A DNA stretch of 64,000 nucleotides from Euprymna scolopes (Eukaryota): the NCBI GenBank assembly GCA_053919585.1, contig CM132825.1; one strand, 5' to 3'. Made by a program: the position numbers and the translations under genes. The number at the start of each line of letters is the position of its first letter. The stretch's first letter is position 1. This document shows positions 25,501 to 39,610 of the stretch, piece by piece. The notes beneath the pieces were generated by a model. It had not been told where the DNA came from. It saw only the letters and a program-made list of their open reading frames with translations, and did no database searches.

Positions 25501-27371
25501 AACAAAGAATTAATGAAACATGTTACACTTTAAGAAGAGTTAAAAACATATTTAATTTTCAAAAAGGAAACACAAATTAAATGAATTGTCCTTAATCATG
25601 GCTCAGGGAAGATGGGGAAATAAATTATCAACACACTGATAAACATGACCTCAACAGACAACAAAGATGGGGTCTTTAATCCTTAGAAAGTCGATAGTGT
25701 CACACATAACAGAGTGCAACTGATGTTTTCAGAATGTGTCAGATTTTGCGTTTTGTTTTATTTGTTATATACTTGTGAACCCATGAACCCCAACAACTGG
25801 CAATATTAGAGACGATGACATGACCTGTAGAGAAGATGAAGGAGGAGAAGACTATGGAAATAATGTTGGGGTTAGCAAGGTTGTTGAGCGAGGGATCACA
25901 TGATATCCCATAATATTGATGCAGAATAAGACAATTTTTGCTAACAACAGTGTTGACATTTATTGCAGATGCTGTGCATTTAATTTCACCATGTGATCAA
26001 CTCCATATAAAAAAAAAAATCAGTGATTGTTAAAAGATCAACGTCACCCATTTTCCGTTCTCACTTTTGAGCTTAAATACACAAAATATGTAAAAAGCAA
26101 AAAATAAATAAATAAATAAATAAAATAAAAAATAAAATAAAAAAATTAAGGAAAATAAATATAATGAAACACCATGTTAAATTACCTAACGTTTTAATAG
26201 TTAAATGAAAAATTCTTTTGCATCGAAAATACAAATAATATTTTTTGTTGATTTTGTTATTATTGTCCAGTTCAGGAGGGATATCTTAATTGGAGATGTT
26301 AGTATGCACAGACATTGGTGTTGAGGTTGCATAATTCCAATTTATGCATTCAATCTTAGCATCCTCTTTCTGTCATATGAATCTTAGTTTAAGATAGTGA
26401 TTCATATTTTTGCCATTACAGATTCCTGCGAAAATGAGTTTTTGCAGAAAATTTGGTCATTGCAAATTTTTTTTTCTTCCTACTCAGTACTGTGGTGATG
26501 CCTATGTAAAAAAAAAAAAAAAAAAAAAAAAAAATTAAGCCAGTTTATATCTTTTTTTTCTTTTCTTTTTTTTTTTGCCATTTAAACTACATAATTATTA
26601 TTTTTTTCTCTCCCTGTCAAAATGTTTTCTTATGGAAGTTTAGAGACATTATTTTATCATCATTCATTTGGCAAATGAAGGAGTTCACTGAAGGTGCATT
26701 CTGCCGATAGTGCAATTGCCATCCAATGTTCAGGTGAGTTTGACAAAAATGATGGAAACTGAGACTGATGAGCAATTGGCACCCTCAGCAGACAAAATAG
26801 AATTTACATAGAAATAGCATAGATCTTTTTGTTTGTCAATAAGTTAACTCCAGACTATATTCACAGTTATACAGCTGTTATTGAGCTGCTTACTAGGTAT
26901 AAAGTTTAAAGTTAATTACAGCACAATCACCTCCATAATGTTTATGGTCAATTGCTTTTACCAGTTTTTTGTTGAATTGGTGCTTAGAGATTGTGTTTTC
27001 ACCACTGTCGTTATGGTGATTTGGACGACTATTGCAGAAAGAATACAGCAACATTGTTGAAGAAGCTAGTTTTTTTTCTTTATGTTCTAATGTCTGTGGT
27101 GAGATGCATTCATGCATATGTATAGACAATAGTGTGCCGCTAGAAGCATCTGCATCAAGTAAATTAAAAAAATATATGTTGCAGATTTTTTTCAAATAAA
27201 TGTATAATATATTTAAAATTCTCACCATCGGGAAAACTTGGCAATATTCAACAACAAATGATCTTGACAATGTCATTTAAAAAGTAAAAAAAACAAATAA
27301 AGTAAAAAGTGTCCACACTTTATGCTTATGGTGGCTTTTTAAGCTGAAAATCTGGATTTAAATAAATAATA

Positions 27372-28282
27372 TGAGGTGCTTTCAATAAGTTCCAGACTTT
27401 TTTGTATAAACATTTGAAATTGTCATAGATGCTGGAAAATTCAGTGTGTTATTGCTACACATCTTATGTGATGACTGACCAATTTTTATGATTTCAGGTT
27501 CAAACTAACAGCTACAGCAGGAATTGGAATACACCCTACTAAACCACGATTGTCACAGCTGGTGAATTTAAAAAATACAATCTGAACGTGAGGAAACTTT
27601 AGAAGAACAATATGCAATAAAATTCTGTTTTAAACTTGGAAAAATATCAGAGAAACATATGGAATGCTTCAGGCTGCTTTTGGACCATCTCACATGAATC
27701 GAGCATCAGTTTTTGAGTGGCATAAGATATTCAAAGAAGGCAGGGAGTCTGGGAGGGATGATGAAAGGTCTGGGAGGAGTAAGGAAGTCAGAACACCAGA
27801 GTTGATTGGCCAAATAAAGAATTTCATGGATAAGGACCTTTGTGTGTCTATAGAGACAATAAGTGCACATCTTGATGTCAGTGTGGGAACTGTAAACACA
27901 ATTATTTTTGAGGAACTGAAGATGTGGAAGATTTGCGCAAAGTTTATCCCAAGGGTGCTCAGAGAAGATCAGAAAGACGGACGTTGTCATCACCAAGACA
28001 GTTCTTCACCTTCCTTATATTTCAGAACTTGCTCTTTGTGACTTTTGGGTATTCCTTAAGTCAAGGAAAACCCTTACAGGCTGTTGTTATGAGACAATTG
28101 AGGAGATGAAAGAGGCTGTGGCGAGGGTCATTGATATGCGCACAAAAGAGGATTTCCAGTTGTTGGAACGGTACAACAAGCAGCCGGAAGAGATTACTTC
28201 GAAAGGAACTAGAGTTTCATGTATGTACCATCAATAAAAGTACTTATACGAAATAGTCTGGAAACTTGTTGAAGGCACCTCA
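27372..28282 (+). mobile_element. Internally deleted mariner element
   Basis: TIRs TGAGGTGCTTTCAATAAG / CTTGTTGAAGGCACCTCA with TA target duplications. HTH region VFEWHKIFKEGRES...DDERSGR...KICAKFIPRVL. Catalytic core deleted. Confidence 0.9.
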
Positions 28283-28439
28283 TATATTTGAAAAAAAAAT
28301 CTGCATTGTATTTGGTTTATAACTGTTTTTCAGATTTATTTAATACTAATGCTTCTAACTGCACATACGTACTTTAATACAAGTTTAGAAGTTTTAAGAG
28401 AATCACTATAAATCTATTCCTCACTTTTGAAGAATTCAC

Positions 28440-29330
28440 TCTAAAATGTACTTCACTCAACATAATCTGTCGATTGTGAATCTAGTGTTAAGTTTTTTTA
28501 AAGAGTCAAAACTACACATCTCTTTTTAATACTCTTGAGTGGTATCACACAGAATTTGATAAGCCCAGGAAGAAAATCAGTATTGCAATAAAGTGAACTT
28601 GCATACCCATCTGTAGAGTCATTGACTTATAGCTTTTTATAAAATTGCATGGAAGCAGCATGGTGAGATACTAGGATAGTCATTTTCTCAAGACACTGCT
28701 CAGAAATATTTTCTTTGTTGATGATAAGGCATAATTCAATTCTTCGAGAAGATCGATAGTAGTAGAGAGTAACATGTCAAAATCCTTGGAAACCACCTCT
28801 GTTAATAAAGTATTAAAAACTGTCACCCACTGACCCAGATGTTGACTCCATTTACTAATCCCATAGAGTATTTACAATTGCTGCTGGAAGGATCAATTCA
28901 GTTGTCTAGAGTTTGGAAAGTGAGTATACTTTGTTTTTGCTATGGATGGAGTATTCCACTGGATTCCAGGCATTTACACACTATTTCAGACACTCCAACT
29001 GAGAGATCTTTGAGGATTTTAACTGTCCCTTTTTTCCTGTTCTAGATTTTACCATCTTTCCCATTGAAGTTTTATCATATACTTTTTTCCCCTTTTTTCC
29101 ATTTCTTACTTTCTCAATCTCCTTGAATCCCTATATACTGTCTCAAACTGTTAAATGACATTTTTGATACAAATATGATAAACTTCATATTGTTTGTTTC
29201 CTGTGATGCACTAACCTGCAAAATTTATTGTATATTTTGTGAACTTCTTCCCTTTGATGAGAAAAAATTCATTCTTCGAAACTCCATGGAATAAGGTTTT
29301 TCTTGTTTTATTTGTATTTCTTGTCGAATA
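28440..29330 (-). mobile_element. Highly degenerate LINE RT remnant
   Basis: Weak SKDFD (DxSKAFD-like) similarity. No long ORF. Confidence 0.35.
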
Positions 29331-30713
29331 ATTAAAATTTTGTATACCTTCCTTATAGGTTTATAAAGTTTTTTTTGAAAATTTGAATAAATGTTCAATN
29401 NNNNNNNNNNNNNNNNNNNNNNNNNNNNNNNNNNNNNNNNNNNNNNNNNNNNNNNNNNNNNNNNNNNNNNNNNNNNNNNNNNNNNNNNNNNNNNNNNNNN
29501 NNNNNNNNNNNNNNNNNNNNNNNNNNNNNNNNNNNNNNNNNNNNTCTACAATTATATAAATGCAACTTTGTCTGTGTGTGCGTGCGTGTGTAAGTTCGTT
29601 CCTTATAGACTCTGAAATGGCTGAACAGATTTTCTTTAAAATTTACAGAACCTTAGTTCATAAGTCTGGGAATGATCTTAGTTAAGTTTTGTCTCAGAAT
29701 AACCCGATAATTACTGATAATCGATAATCAAAACCGTTATTTTAATTTATCATCGGTAAAGCCATTTTTTTCCATGTCGTCACTTAGCAACAATGATAGA
29801 ACCAAAGGGTCGTGAAAATTCTACTGGGTATAACTCGATAGCGTGTATTTTTTTTTTTTTTGCATGACGTGGTCTGTAGGTTCAAACTTTGGATCTAAAT
29901 TTCTTAATTTTTTTCATTAACTGCAAAGAATTTTATAAGACTTGAAAATTTACGTTTTTTTTTTTTTTTTTTTATGCATGACGTGGTCTGTAGGTTCAAA
30001 ACCCACACATAATTTCTATCTATATATTAGTAATGGGACGATTCCAAAATTTTTTCCGATTTCGATGCAATCACCAATTCCGTTCTAAAATTCCAATTTT
30101 GATATGATTCCCAATTCCGATTCTAATAACAAAAGTGCCCGAAAAAACACAAGTATAGCATACAAGACCCCCGCTACCCCTGTCAAATGAGTTCATTAAA
30201 TGGCGTCGTTTTAAGTCTGTTTAAGAAATGTTCCGACATTTGGAGCTTTACCTATCACAGAAAACAATGAATTTAAGATATAAATATACCAAATTTATTT
30301 TTTTTTAAATAAACTAACAATTTGTTTACGTTGGTTTTTTTTCTTTCTCTTTAATAATTTTGCAATGAAACAAAATCTATAAATAACGGACATGTTCATT
30401 TTTTATTGGTATCTCACCGATAATTGATATAGAAAATACACATTGGGAAACTCGTACATAAATCATAAATTCTTTTCATGTGATCGAAAATTATGCATAT
30501 ATAGCAAAGTTATAAGAGATACACGAAAATTTGACCTTAAACCATTAAGTTTTTGTCTTAAAGCCTATCGACTTTTTGTGGAAGGAAGATATTTTTCTAT
30601 GAAGTTTCTAACACTGAATAAATTTATTATTGGCAAACAATTTATTGATATTTTTTAGCCATATTATGATGGAAAATATTTTTTAATAAAAAAAGTATTA
30701 ATGTTTAATGAAA

Positions 30714-30785
<72 letters not shown>

Positions 30786-30815
30786 CATATTGACATTATT
30801 TTGAATAGGAGTAAA

Positions 30816-31043
30816 TGTGGTATTGTGGTGAGTGTTGAATTGTTGTATGCATGTGGGTGTGTTGATGCTTGAATTATAACAGAGACTTTTAGATGAACAA
30901 ATTCATTTATTAATATATATATGCATAAGGAAAAGATATACACATGTTAACTAGCCCATGTCCGAGCGGGAAGTGAAGTCCTTATATATAATCATACGCC
31001 AAGGCTGTTGCGCATATGAAAGTAGTTCTATGATATTACTATA
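30816..31043 (-). repeat. 3' LTR of the Gypsy element
   Basis: Preceded on the minus strand by polypurine tract AAGGGGGA. Begins TATAGTAAT (TG changed to TA), ends ATACCACA, and contains a TATA-like box and AATAAA. Confidence 0.7.
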
Positions 31044-34000
31044 TCCCCCTTACCAGATGGATAAAAAAACATTGTTTAAATGTTTATTATATACACCAGT
31101 ACATCTTATTTATATCTTTTTGGCCTATGTATTTCACGGCCACATTTTGTGTTATATGTTGATTGTTTGGTGCTAGTTGGTGTAAGCTATTGTTTGTGTT
31201 AATGTGTTCACTTTGTGATGAGGTGATGTGATCGTTGAAATGAACCTGTTTACGGGTAGATGTTCCAGTCGCCCTTATTTGGACTCTGTTCCGTCTTTTT
31301 GAAGATCCATCTGAGAGTTGAAGGATGTATGATCTGGATTCTTCACGTTTACTTAAAAGTGTTGCTGGTTTCCATTTCCATGTTTGATTATCTAGCATTT
31401 GAACATCTTGTCCAGGGAAAAGTGCTGGAAAATCATGAGCTGTTCTGTCATGATACATTTTCTGCATATCTTCTCTATGTTCTAGTTGTTCATGGATATG
31501 GTCAGGGTTGGGAAATCTGGGATTTGGAATTTTCGCAATTAAGTTTTATCCCATAATGCGGTTGTTTAAAAGTTCACCAGGGCTTGGTAACTTGTGACTG
31601 ATTGGTGTTGTTCGTAGGCATAGCATTGCTAAATTAAGGTCTTTGCCTGATAGCTTTGCCTTGATTAATGTTCTTTTAACTGTTTGGATTTGACGCTCAA
31701 CGAAGCCATTAGATTTTGGGAAATTTGGGGATGACATTATGTGGTCAAATTGCCATTGTTGAGCAAATTCTCTGAATGCTTCACTGGAATATTGTGGTCT
31801 GTTATCACTAATGACTCTGGTGGGAATACCATGCTCAGAGAAAATCTGTTTCATTGCTGAGATAACCATGTTGCTTGTAGTTAAGCTAGTCATTTTCCTT
31901 ATAATTGGAAATTTGCTGTAGTAATCAGTAATTATTAAATATTCTTGATCATTACAGTGAAACAAGTCAGTTCCAACAACTTCCCATGCTCTGCTGGGGA
32001 TGTCATGTGGTTGTAGAGTTTCCTTTGGTTGTGCTGGAAGATTTTCTTGGCATATTGAACATTTCTTGATCATGTTTTCGATATTAGAATTAATCTTCTC
32101 CCAGTATACAGCATCCCTGGCTTGAAGACGTGTCTTTTCAATACTTTGATGGCTGTAATGAAGCTGGTCTAAAATGATTTTTTGTTGGGTTTCTGGGAAA
32201 TAATCCTTGACCCCTTCATGATGATACCATCATTGACAGATAGTTCATCTCTGTATGACCAGTATGACTGTATTGCTGCTGGCGGTATTTCCTTTATTGA
32301 ATCTGGCCATCCTGTTGTTATGATTTCTTGCAGCTGATCAAGTACTGGATCAGCCTTTGTTTCCTTTCTTATCTCGTTCAGGCGCTCACTCCTGAATCTC
32401 ACCAAATCGACTCGCACGTCTAAGTCAATTGTGTCTGTGTTTTCAGTGCTAGGAAGACGGCTCAGAGTATCAGCTAGAGTCATTTCCCATCCTGGTGTAC
32501 TCTATTTGCATCTAATATCCCTGTAACTTGATCAGCATTCGCTGCAGTCTAGGAGGTGCACTAGTTAGTGGCTTCTGTAAAATCATGATGAGTGGCTTAT
32601 GATCGGTGAGTACCTTAAATTTACGGCCGTATAGGTATATGTGGAATCTTTGGACTCCAAATACAATTGCAAGACTATACTTTCTATGCATGAGTAACGC
32701 TTGTCAATGTCTGTTAGAGACTTTGATGCATATGCAATAGGTTTTTTATTTTGTATTAATGCAGCACCAAGTCCTTTTAAACTTGTATCCGTTTGTAGTG
32801 TTGGTATTTCAGTCGTGTTAAAATATGTTAATGTAGAATTTTGGCTAATTGCTGTTTTGAGTTTTCAAAACATTCCTTGTGGTGTTCTTCCCAAAGAAAG
32901 GGTGCGCCCTTTTTTAATAGTCCTCTTTAAGTATGTGTCTTGTCAGCAAGGTTAGGAATAAATGGTGACAAGTATGTGATAAAACCTAAGAATTCTTGTA
33001 GCTCTTTCTTACAGGTTGGGTATGACATGTTTTTTAGATCTTTGAGCTTTCCTAGATTCCGACTGACACCATTTTCACTATAGATCATCCCAAAGAAGGA
33101 TATGCTTTTTGATTTGATTTCACATTTTGTAAAATTGAACACGAGAACATTTTTTAGCAGCTACTTGCATGAGCTTTTGTTAGAATCTGGTTGTGTTCTT
33201 CATCCGTTTTACTATCGACAACAACATCGTCAGCGATTCCCACTGCACCATCAACTTGTTCAAGTATCTGGTCCATCTTCATTTGGAAAATATCTTGTGA
33301 TACACTCAATCCAAATGGTAGTCTCTGAAAACAGTACCTACCATAAGGAGATTGGAATGTTGTTAGTGGTTGAGACTCACTATCCAGGTGTATCGACCAA
33401 TAACCAGATTTAGCGTCCAGTTTAGAAAATAGCTTGGCACCTGCAAAATGGTGTGTTAGTTCTTCCACTGTAGGAATGGCATGATGTGGTCTTTTGAGTG
33501 CTGTATTCAGGTGTCTTGGGTCTAAACATATTCTCAAGCTCCCATCTTTTTTATGTGAGTATGCTAAACTCAAAACCCAGTCTGTTGGCTGTATCACCTT
33601 TCTGATAATATTGTTTTCGACCATGTTATCAAGTTCCTGCTTTATCTTGTCTTTTGGAGCAATTGGTGTTTTTCTAGGTGCATCGATGTGGGTCAGATGC
33701 TTTTGTTGAGTGAAAGTCGCACAGACCCTGGCATGAAACCAATTTTATCAAACTGATCTGGGTGCATCTGCATCAGGTCTTTTATTGTATTGACTGGTGT
33801 TGCAGCAGGAGGCTGATGTCTATCCTCTTTCCCGATTGTGCAGTGAAGGGTGACTAATTTGAGCTGTTCTAGTGAGGGTAATCCTAGAACTGCTGGCCCT
33901 TGTACGTCTACAATGTAAAAAACACTGTTGTGCCAGTCTGTTCCATTGTATTTGCATGGAATACTGATGCTACCATAGCATTTTATCGGAGTACCATTAT

Positions 34001-34760
34001 ATGCTATTAGTTTGTTTTTCCTTGTTGGTAATGTGTTACCTTGGGCTCCTGTATCAATTTTCACCCGCAACCTATGGACTCCATTTCTGTTAAGCAATTT
34101 AATATTTATATAAACAAAAGCTTCATCTCTCTGGGTGATAGACAACGTTTTGATGCTGTTAAAAGTAAGGTTTTCAAGTTGTTCATCTATTCTTTGAGTA
34201 TTGCATATTGCATCAGCTTAGATGAGCCATCTTTTCTTGGACTGGTCTCTCTGATATTGTGGTTGATACTCCGGCTTTGACCTTTTGTAGTCTCTGCTTC
34301 GTGACTTCGATCTTTGCCATGGTTTTGTTTTGCTTGATAAACAAACTACTGCTCAGTGGTTATCTTTACCACATGTTTTGCATTTTGATCCATATGCAGG
34401 GCAAGCTTCACGACGAAGTTCATGGCTTCTACCACAATTAAAACAGTTATTAAATTTCTTAGAACTTTTTGATGTTCTTATCGTCTGGATAATGGTGCTA
34501 CTATTTTCATTGCTATTTAACATAACCCTGAGTTGTTTTAGATGTATATTAGAAGCTTCATACATTTTTCCGATGCAAATAGCTTCTTCTAATGTTAGGG
34601 TATTGTCTTTTCCCAAAAACTCCTTTTGGAAATCTACAATTGGAGTGCTGTCGATAAGTTCAATTATATGTTGTTGTTGATCAGACTCGCATAACGAACA
34701 TTTTTGTATGAGTCGTCTGCCTCTATTTATGAAGTCATCCAGCGATTCATCTTTGAAGAG
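30816..34760 (-). mobile_element. Ty3/Gypsy LTR retrotransposon, degenerate, 5' LTR missing
   Basis: Gag Zn knuckles CFNCGRSH...CPAYGSKCKTCGKDNH, protease KIDTGAQ, RT LRICLDPRHLN / IADD, RNase H, integrase TDYYSK...ISDNRPQY...SNGFVER, in PR-RT-RH-IN order. Many frameshifts. Confidence 0.95.
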
Positions 34761-35357
34761 ATCTGCTTGCCATTCATCGGCCGCCGGGTGGTGTTAGTGT
34801 TGCCAGACAAAATGACGGACAGCTCCCTTAAAATAATTTTTGGAAAAATAAATAAAAATGAATAGTCAGACTTGGCATAAAAAAGGAAAGTGTAAAATTA
34901 TTTGCCATTTTTTTATGTGTTACACTCATATTGCTTTTAGTGTTCATTGGTCGGTAGAGTGAAACGAAGAAGTCCTTCTTGACTCGGTGTGAACAAGAAA
35001 ATAACGGCGAAAACTGATACCCTAAATATTTAAAGTTCTGATAATGCCTTAAACATAAAATTAAACAAAATTGTGTGAAAAATCGATTTTATCCTTTTTA
35101 AAACAACAATAAATAAGTATAAATATTTTTTTAAAATATGGTTCTCTTGTAGGAGATGTCTCCCTGATTTCTATTTTAGCTTTTTCTAGCTCACCTGCCT
35201 CTATTCAAAATTTGTAGCAGCAGGCTGACGTCAATGGAATTATTTTTACCAAAACGGTCATTAACAATGTTTTTTCTAATGTTTAACATATTTCGGGCTT
35301 GTTTTACTGATGTCTATCATGTGTATACATGGATTTGAAAAAGTTGTCGAAATTGTG

Positions 35358-35410
35358 GTAGAAACCCACCCAATAAATGTCACGGTAACATTTATTGGGT
35401 GGGTTTCTAC
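35358..35410. repeat. Perfect 23-bp-arm hairpin
   Basis: GTAGAAACCCACCCAATAAATGT-cacggta-ACATTTATTGGGTGGGTTTCTAC. Related hairpin at 44070-44098. Confidence 0.9.
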
Positions 35411-38073
35411 AACCATTTTGTTTTATTTCTTATTTTGAAGTCATTATTGAGTCTTCAAAGACATCGCAGCTATTTTTTGTTCTCCGGTAGTGTTCAACAT
35501 TACTCGTTTTTCGAACTGAATAAACATTTTACATTAAATAAAAACACTAAAAACTTATTCAGTTAGGTAGAAAATTAACTTTTCTTGCCTTTGATAACAT
35601 TTAGTTACATATTTGTTTTTTGACAACTTTTTTGTACCTGTAAAACAAACCTTTCTATTTTTGTGCTATTATTGAAACTCCTAAGATGTGATCCTCTTAC
35701 GTCGGATATTTTTTCTTGTTCTCACGTAACACTTGACACTACTTTTTTTTTTTTTTTTTAACTAAATGAACGCTTTAAAATAAGTTAAACCCTTGAAAAC
35801 TAAGCAAGCTAGGTAGAGAACGAACACTTAGAAAAATCGACTTTATCTTTTTTAAAACTACAGTCAACAAGTAAAAATATTTAAAAAAATATTATGAGGT
35901 GTGTATGCTATTTTAAAAACAATATCTCCTGTAAGAACGATCATAAAATGTGTTTTCAATCAATATTTATTCAATAATGGATCAGTTTTCCTATCTAGCA
36001 AAAATGGACGAGTTTTCTGCGGACGAGTTTTCCAAATACTGTAACTAAATAATTGCCTTCCAAAATGATTTTCTACTTTTTAGGTGATTATGTATAATTG
36101 AACGTTCTAAAAGACAGAAAAAATAGGAAAAAAACAGAAAATATTATTTTAGAATTTGGATTGGGGGATTAGTTTCTTCTAGAAATCTAATCTTTTACCA
36201 TTAATCCCAAGTCTGACTGAAATGATAATAAAATCACACTTAATCATTTTTTTAAAGTTAATATTACCCCCCCCCCCCATGTATTGTAAGTATATTTTTG
36301 TTATGTAACATTTTCACTCCTTTGGGTTTTATAGAAAATCAGCATCAGAAAATCTCTCAACTTACCTTATTATCCGTGTTTGAGCGAAAAAATGTTTATT
36401 ACTAGGTTAAAGAATAGATAAGTTCTTAAATAATAAAAAAAATGAAACTACAATTAACTGCAGAAACTATAAATCTCACCTTCTTAGCCATACCCAGGCC
36501 TCCAAAAGATAATTCTCGGTGGCCTCGGCCATACCCTCTCATAAAATTTGTGTGAACTATTTTTACCTTACAACTACCTAGTCAGCCAAATTGTTTTTTT
36601 TTTACATGCAATAAGCAGGGTTAACTTTGCTGCATTCCTGGCTTGTTCTTTTATAAACCATTTATAACCTTCTACCTATCACCGAGTGTCTTCTGGCCCT
36701 TGATAAGTGGTGACCTCCATGTAAAAAAAAAAAACCCTCATCTGTTCTCATTTAGAATTATATGAATAGGTTGTAATTAACCCCTGACACACCCACCTCC
36801 ACCCAATCTTCATTTAGGTCTCTATATATCTTTTTCTTTTAGTTCTTATTTTTTATTCTGGCGTATTAACTTTCCTTGTAGCTACCCCCCCTAGCTTTAT
36901 TATTCTTAATATTCTTTGATTTCCCAACTATCAATCTCTAATATAATCTGCTTATTACCACTAATTTTTCAACTATCACTTTAATTTGCTATCATTTTTT
37001 TTTTTATATAAATTGTAATATTTTAATGTTTAATTCTACCCTTATTGAAATAAAATTGTATTGTTTTGTTATTTATAATCTACATTTTATATTTAACTCC
37101 TATATCCATCGGTGCATCCAGTCTTTATTGTTACTTATTTTATAGTTTTTCACCACTTATTTTGCTTCCATATTCATTTCTATATTTTATCTTTTATTCT
37201 AATTATTTTTATGTTCTGATTTTCTATTTTGCATTTGATTTACTTTTCAAATATTTTTTATAAACTTTTACTATGATTCTGCTACTTGATTATTTTCATT
37301 TTTAATTATTCATCAGATCAGTTATTATTATGTACATATTTTATTAGCATTTTACATTATAATTAATGTGATTTTTATTCTTATTTTTTTTAATGATTAT
37401 TTTATCATTATCATTGATAGTAATCATTACTGTTATTTCTAATTTTATTTTTAATTTTATTATGGTAGAATTTATCACAAAGAAAATTAGCTACAAATTT
37501 TGTGTACTGATTTTTCATGTCTTGTAAAATGAAAAATGATAACATATACATACATGTGTATGTATATATATATATGCATGTGTGTAGGTATATCTAAATG
37601 TATATATGTGCGTATATGCATGTGTATGCAACCTGGATGTATGTATACGTATCTAAATGTCTATGTATGTGTATGTACTGCATTAGATCTTTTCAATATA
37701 CTCATGAAGTATGTCTACTTAGACCCCCCCCCTATTATTAATAAGTCTTTTCTGCTCGATTTCTTGTTTTGACACTTCCCCCTTTATAGATAGTTCATTT
37801 ACGTTCACCTTACCTCTCTGTCTTATGATACCGTAATTAACTCTTTTCTTCTCCACTCACATTGAAAATCTCAATTAGACCAGAATTCGTACTTCCTTCT
37901 TTTTCCCTTTCTCTTCCTTTCTTTCCCCTTCTTTTTCTGTCTTCACTTTTCTGGAGTTTAAATGTCACATAATCCCTCTCCCTCTAAATTTTAACGTTTT
38001 ATTTCTTAAACAAATAATTCTCTCATCTTCCATATAAGAACCGGACTTCTTCAGTGGAAAACAAACTTTATTA

Positions 38074-38145
38074 AGTTCCCTGACGAAGACTTGTGGTCTT
38101 GACTGACAACCTGTCCGAAACATTAGCATATCCAGTGTTGCAACT
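38074..38145 (+). ncRNA. Hammerhead ribozyme family 2 (extended stem II), degenerate copy
   Basis: CTGACGA at 38080-38086, GAAA at 38117-38120, stem III CATT/AGTG, GUU triplet, imperfect stem I AGTTCC/GCAACT. Confidence 0.65.
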
Positions 38146-38259
38146 ATGTAAATTTGTCTATATCAATAAAAATATATCTTGCTCTTTTTTATTGAGTACT
38201 CTTAATAACCTTGTTAAATTCATTAGTTTTCTCTCTTGAATACTTAAATACTTAACTTG

Positions 38260-38314
<55 letters not shown>

Positions 38315-38317
<3 letters not shown>

Positions 38318-39610
38318 AGCAGCAAAAAGAAAGTTCGCACTTGTAATTTTTTCAAAAACTGCAAATTTAAGCTAAATTCATAAATTCAATGTAACTGTTT
38401 AAACAAACTATACCTCATTTGATTGGCTTTTTATTCTTCTATAATTTTACCTGCTCGTATTTGACTTTTAATTGAAATATTCTAGTTTTCACGTCAATTT
38501 AAAAAATAACTTCAAATTGAGGAGGCAAAAAGAAAGTCCGCCCAATGGAAAATTGTTATTTAAATGTAACTTTAGGACATTAATGCAACACAAATACAAA
38601 AGGAACACAATGAACTAGTTAATATTTAGTAGCATAGCCCTTCTACAATTTGACAGCCTGCAATCTTTTGGGAATTCCTTGAATTAGACTGCAGCAATAC
38701 TCCGGGGAAAGGGCATCCAACTTTTCTTTAATTTTTGTCCAAAGTTTTTCCAAATTTGAAATTTAATCATTGTGTAGCTGCTGCTTGATGTAATACCATA
38801 TGTTTTTGATAGGATTGAGGTCTGGAGATTGTGCAGGCGAATTCAAACACGGAATATCATGCTCTTCCAGGAACCTCTTGACATTGCCAGCTGTGTGAAT
38901 AGCAGCATTATCCTGCATGAAGATGGGATTATCATCCAAATTCTAACCAAGGATAGAAAATGCTCAGTCAACATATTAATGTACTTGGTCGAATTAATTA
39001 GACCTTGTAAGCGAAATATAGGCCCTGGACGATTGGTACTAATAATGCCCCACACCAAAACTGAACCTCCACTACCTTGCAACGTTGAAACTGAGCACCT
39101 AGGATTAAATTCTTTGTCTTTCTTCTGACGGACGTACTGCCTACCATCACTGTCTAGCCTATTGAACTTGCTTTCATCGCTAAAAAGCACTTTTGACCAA
39201 TATCAAGAGTCATGATCTTCATTGCATCTGACAAAGTCCAGACGGCGCTTTCTGTTCTTTACAGAAATCATTGGCTTGCGTCTTGCAACATGCCCTCGCA
39301 AATTAAATTCCTTTAATCTGTTCTTGACAGTAGAAAGAGAGCACTTTTTAATAAGATTGCACTGTTGTTGGATTTGGGGAGCTATTTCAAATCTGTTTTT
39401 TAGGCTATGGATTTTGATAGCATTGTCTTCCCTGCTATAGTATGACCAGATTTAGGGGCATCACAAACACTGCCAGTGTTTTGATGCTTTTGCAGTCTTT
39501 CGTACCGTTTTCTCATCACATTTTAATCTGCAGCCGATTTCTCGATTGGATAAACCAGAAAGGTGGAGATTAATGAGCTCCTGACGATCACTAAGAAAAA
39601 GTTGTGGCAT
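38315..39610 (-). mobile_element. Tc1 (DD34E) transposon, defective
   Basis: ATG at 39610 (MPQLFLSDRQELINLH...), VLFSDESKF, GGSVLVWG, PAQSPDLNPIKNIW (catalytic E changed to K), stop at 38619. Repeated GCAAAAAGAAAGT(T/C)CGC at ~38321 and ~38525. Confidence 0.9.

Noticed and set aside
26893-27276. 127-aa minus-strand ORF
   Set aside because: No recognisable domain and no frame-consistent exon chain.
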